A DNA stretch of 63,435 nt, counting the filler, from Pelomyxa schiedti (Eukaryota > Protista > Evosea): NCBI GenBank assembly GCA_020536535.1. It is 14 parts of 14 records of this genome, joined end to end, with 100 filler letters (N's around TTAATTAATTAA, not from the genome) between each part and the next. Parts side by side here need not be neighbours in the genome. Positions count along the whole stretch, not along the records: positions 60,624 to 62,288 come from JAHLWZ010002351.1; positions 62,389 to 63,435 come from JAHLWZ010002939.1; 12 more parts are not named here. One strand, 5' to 3'. Positions 60,624 to 63,435 of this stretch are shown here, piece by piece. Every line of letters starts with the position of its first letter. Position 1 is the stretch's first letter. The notes beneath the pieces are model-generated. The model worked only from the letters and a program-made list of their open reading frames with translations. It did no database searches and was not told the DNA's origin. Both the position numbers and the translations under genes were made by a program.

Positions 60624-62288
60624 AGCTGAAGCAAGCTGAACTTCAACTGCAGCAACTGAAGTCGGACCTCTCCAACCAAAATGACGCCAATGCGGGCCTG
60701 AAATCAACCCTGAAAGAACTGCAGTCGCAACTTGATACCTCTGTAGCTAAAGAAAAGGACTTAACTTCAGAGCTCCATGCAAGTACAGCTAAAAATCAGT
60801 CCAATGATCTGGAAATCCAGAGGCAAGCTTCAGAGCTGCTTACCCTACAAGGAACACTCAAAGATACTACCCACCAACTGGAAGACTCAAAGGAACGATC
60901 TTGTGGACTAGAAAAAAAAATAGAGGTTCTTCAAATTTCTTCTCTGCCCTGACTGCCTGGTACTCACTTCCCCTTTTTCTTCCTTTCAAAAAAAGATCTA
61001 TGAATCAAAAGTGTTAGCACTTACAAATGACCTGGAAAGGAAATCACAGCAGCTGAGCAATGTGGAGTCAGAGCTTGACAAAACCAAAGCGGACGTTCTT
61101 CTGCTTGGCAAGGAAGTCAATGAAAAAAACGCATCTTCCGTTGCTCTACAAAAGCAGCTGGCAGAGTCGGAGCTCAACTGTGAACAACACAAAAAGGACA
61201 TCCTTCTCTTGCAGTCCGAACTTGAGGCCGCAAAGAAGAACCTCAGTTCCGCAACAACGCAATTGGATGGGCTACAAAACAAGCTTGACAACACTACAAA
61301 GCACAGCACATCATTGGACAGTGAACTTCTTCAACGCAGCATGGCAATATCAGAGCTTGAAAGTAAATTGAAAGAGGCCAACAATGCTCTGGAAGATGCA
61401 CAGCACAACAAACAGTCCCTTGAAACGCAGCTAGCAAAGCTGACACATGAGATAAATGAAGCCCAATTAAAATGTTCAAGTCTCTCTGAGCAGCTCAGTT
61501 CTGCCAACGAAAAATTGAATGTATCTGCTTAGCTATATATTATATATTTATATATACTGGGGGAAATGAGTGGGGTGGGGATAAGGAGATCTCAAGATAA
61601 GTGAAAGAAAAACTCATATATTAAATAGGAATTCAAGACTGGGTCTGAAGTGTCAGCACAGCAAATTGATCAGCTGCAAAAAAGCCTTTCGTCAACCCAG
61701 GAGCAGCTTAGTGATACCTCAAGCCAACTGCTACACAAAAACGAAAAACTACAAGAAGCTACCCTAGAACTTCAAGCAATGAAGACGCGCATTTCTTCCC
61801 AAGAGGAAGAAATGAAAAGAGACAGTGAAAATAAGGCTTCCTTAGAGGCACAACTTGACTCACTTAAACAGCTTCTGCAGAGTACCAAAGAGAAACTGGA
61901 AAACTCTTTGCATGTAAGTGGATATTTCTTCTTTCTTGTCCCCATCTCTCTTGCTTTTCCCCTTCTACCACTACCAACAACTGCAGCCTTCTGGCACACA
62001 CCATCTTTTTCTCTACAGTAGTTAATATTACTGAAAAATACAACACACACTCACATGCCTCACACAAAAAGGAAAACCAAATGAAAGATGAGGAGTGCTC
62101 TCAGAATAAGAAGGCATTTGAGGAAAAATTGAAATTATTGCAAGAAGAGTTGAATCAAACCTCAACACAACTTAAAGATGCAGAGCTGACGAGCAGAAAC
62201 CTGGAATTGGCCCTGAAGGACATCGAGGGAAAGAAGAGCCTTCTTGAAGAAGCCTCTGCCAAATTACAACAGGAAAGTGATCGCCTGA
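60624..62288 (+). CDS. Long coiled-coil protein, internal multi-exon fragment
   Basis: Continuous heptad-like E/K/Q/L-rich exons (61011-61532, 61650-61915, 62081-62288) separated by GT-AG introns. Confidence 0.75.
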
Positions 62289-62388
62289 NNNNNNNNNNNN
62301 NNNNNNNNNNNNNNNNNNNNNNNNNNNNNNNNTTAATTAATTAANNNNNNNNNNNNNNNNNNNNNNNNNNNNNNNNNNNNNNNNNNNN

Positions 62389-62545
62389 GACCGCGGATCA
62401 ATACATTTGGCTCATGAGCTTGGCGTGAGGGACCCAGGCTGGGCCAAGAAGAACAGATACTTTGAAATTGTTGATGCTGTTTCTGGATCGTCTGTCTTCA
62501 AGATGAGAACCGAGGGCGACTTCTGTGTTTCCAATCTGTGGTGAG
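62389..62545 (+). CDS. C-terminal fragment of a family member
   Basis: FEIVDAVSGSSVFKMRTEGDFCVSNLW-stop resembles IEVLDAVGGSFVVFKM of the convergent neighbour. Confidence 0.45.
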
Positions 62546-62736
62546 AACATTGAGGAATAGCCAGTTTTCTTCCTGTGATTATTTAAAACCAGAAACTAAA
62601 GGGAAACCTTGCACCCCAGACAGTGACATAAAACTCATCTAAGCTAATTTCAAACAATACTGTATTGTTTGAAGAGGTGCACTTTTTAGAAGAGGAGAAT
62701 AAAACCACTACTTACTTTTTTCACTCTGCAACTTAC

Positions 62737-63435
62737 TCAACAGACTCTTTGCAGGGAGCCTTTGATTCTCATCTTGAAGACTACGAAAGATCCACCAACT
62801 GCATCCAGCACCTCAATGCGCTCGTCACCTGTTTGTTTCACGGCCAGCTCCTGGGCATGCTCAACCTTTGATCCACCAATATTCACTCGGCAGCACATTC
62901 TCATGGGTTCCAGAACGCTGTACACCTCTATTGCTCTGCCAGTAGCGTAGGAGTTGCTGGAGAAGTATGGCCCACCAATCGGCCTCAGAACCTCCTGGAA
63001 CATTTTGTGCCGCTTGTGCTTCTGCCCGGTGTTGATGCAGAACAGTGACCCGTCCCACGTCGTTGTGTACACCATCCCACACCAGCACCACATGGTCCCT
63101 GTGTTTTCCTGCAGAAACGTGGTTGGTGGGCAACCTGAAACCACAGATTGCTGCTCCCAAGTGGCCTTCAAATCAATTGTCAGCAGCGTGAACACTGCAC
63201 TTGCTTGAACCTTCCTGGCATCCAGCATGAGAACAAGAAAGTCGGTGCCATTGAAAGCACATGACCTCACCTGTTCCCTCCAAGGCAGAGGCATTCCCTC
63301 CACCTTCCTGGCACCACCACCACCACCAACAGAACCCCCCAGTCCTTCAAAGTTCCACAGAGTCATTGACTGGACATTGTCCCACCCTTTCACTGGCACA
63401 AGCACACCCCACTTCCTGTTGCTGTCCCACAAGTC
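62737..63435 (-). CDS. Intronless superfamily member (5' end outside the window)
   Basis: 231-aa frame with RKWGV, LRPIGGPYFS and IEVLDAVGGSFVVFKM, matching the C-terminal pattern of the 54363-60497 genes. Confidence 0.6.
   Translation of the reverse strand, partial: DLWDSNRKWGVLVPVKGWDNVQSMTLWNFEGLGGSVGGGGGARKVEGMPLPWREQVRSCAFNGTDFLVLMLDARKVQASAVFTLLTIDLKATWEQQSVVSGCPPTTFLQENTGTMWCWCGMVYTTTWDGSLFCINTGQKHKRHKMFQEVLRPIGGPYFSSNSYATGRAIEVYSVLEPMRMCCRVNIGGSKVEHAQELAVKQTGDERIEVLDAVGGSFVVFKMRIKGSLQRVC

Overview
This is eukaryotic, intron-rich protist DNA with short GT-AG introns of about 40-55 nt. It is not one contiguous locus. Thirteen artificial 100-bp linkers (44 N + TTAATTAATTAA + 44 N, stops in all six frames) join 14 unrelated contigs, and four plain 100-N scaffold gaps lie inside contigs. 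The gene families resemble those I recall from the archamoeba Pelomyxa, but that assignment is inference. Content in order: a tandem array of at least 5 membrane-anchored class I cyclic-nucleotide phosphodiesterases with a probable extracellular dCache sensor; ankyrin-repeat genes; two tandem importin-alpha paralogs with no IBB domain; a 2.1-kb contig with no CpG at all; a cluster of MORN/coiled-coil/RING E3-ligase genes separated by a non-coding repeat built from intron-like units; a decayed FAAL-ACP-KS polyketide-synthase relic with introns; a MORN gene and a kinase relic; a Rab5-like gene with a probable 3-nt micro-exon, 5'-truncated by a Ty3/gypsy remnant; a palindromic 50-bp repeat array; an RNF14-like RWD-RBR ligase; a TKL kinase; an intronless tandem family with a conserved N-terminal motif; and a coiled-coil fragment. 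I saw no rRNA, tRNA or CRISPR arrays. All calls come from manual motif reading and no searches were run. Coordinates of multi-exon genes are gene spans, not exact exon models.
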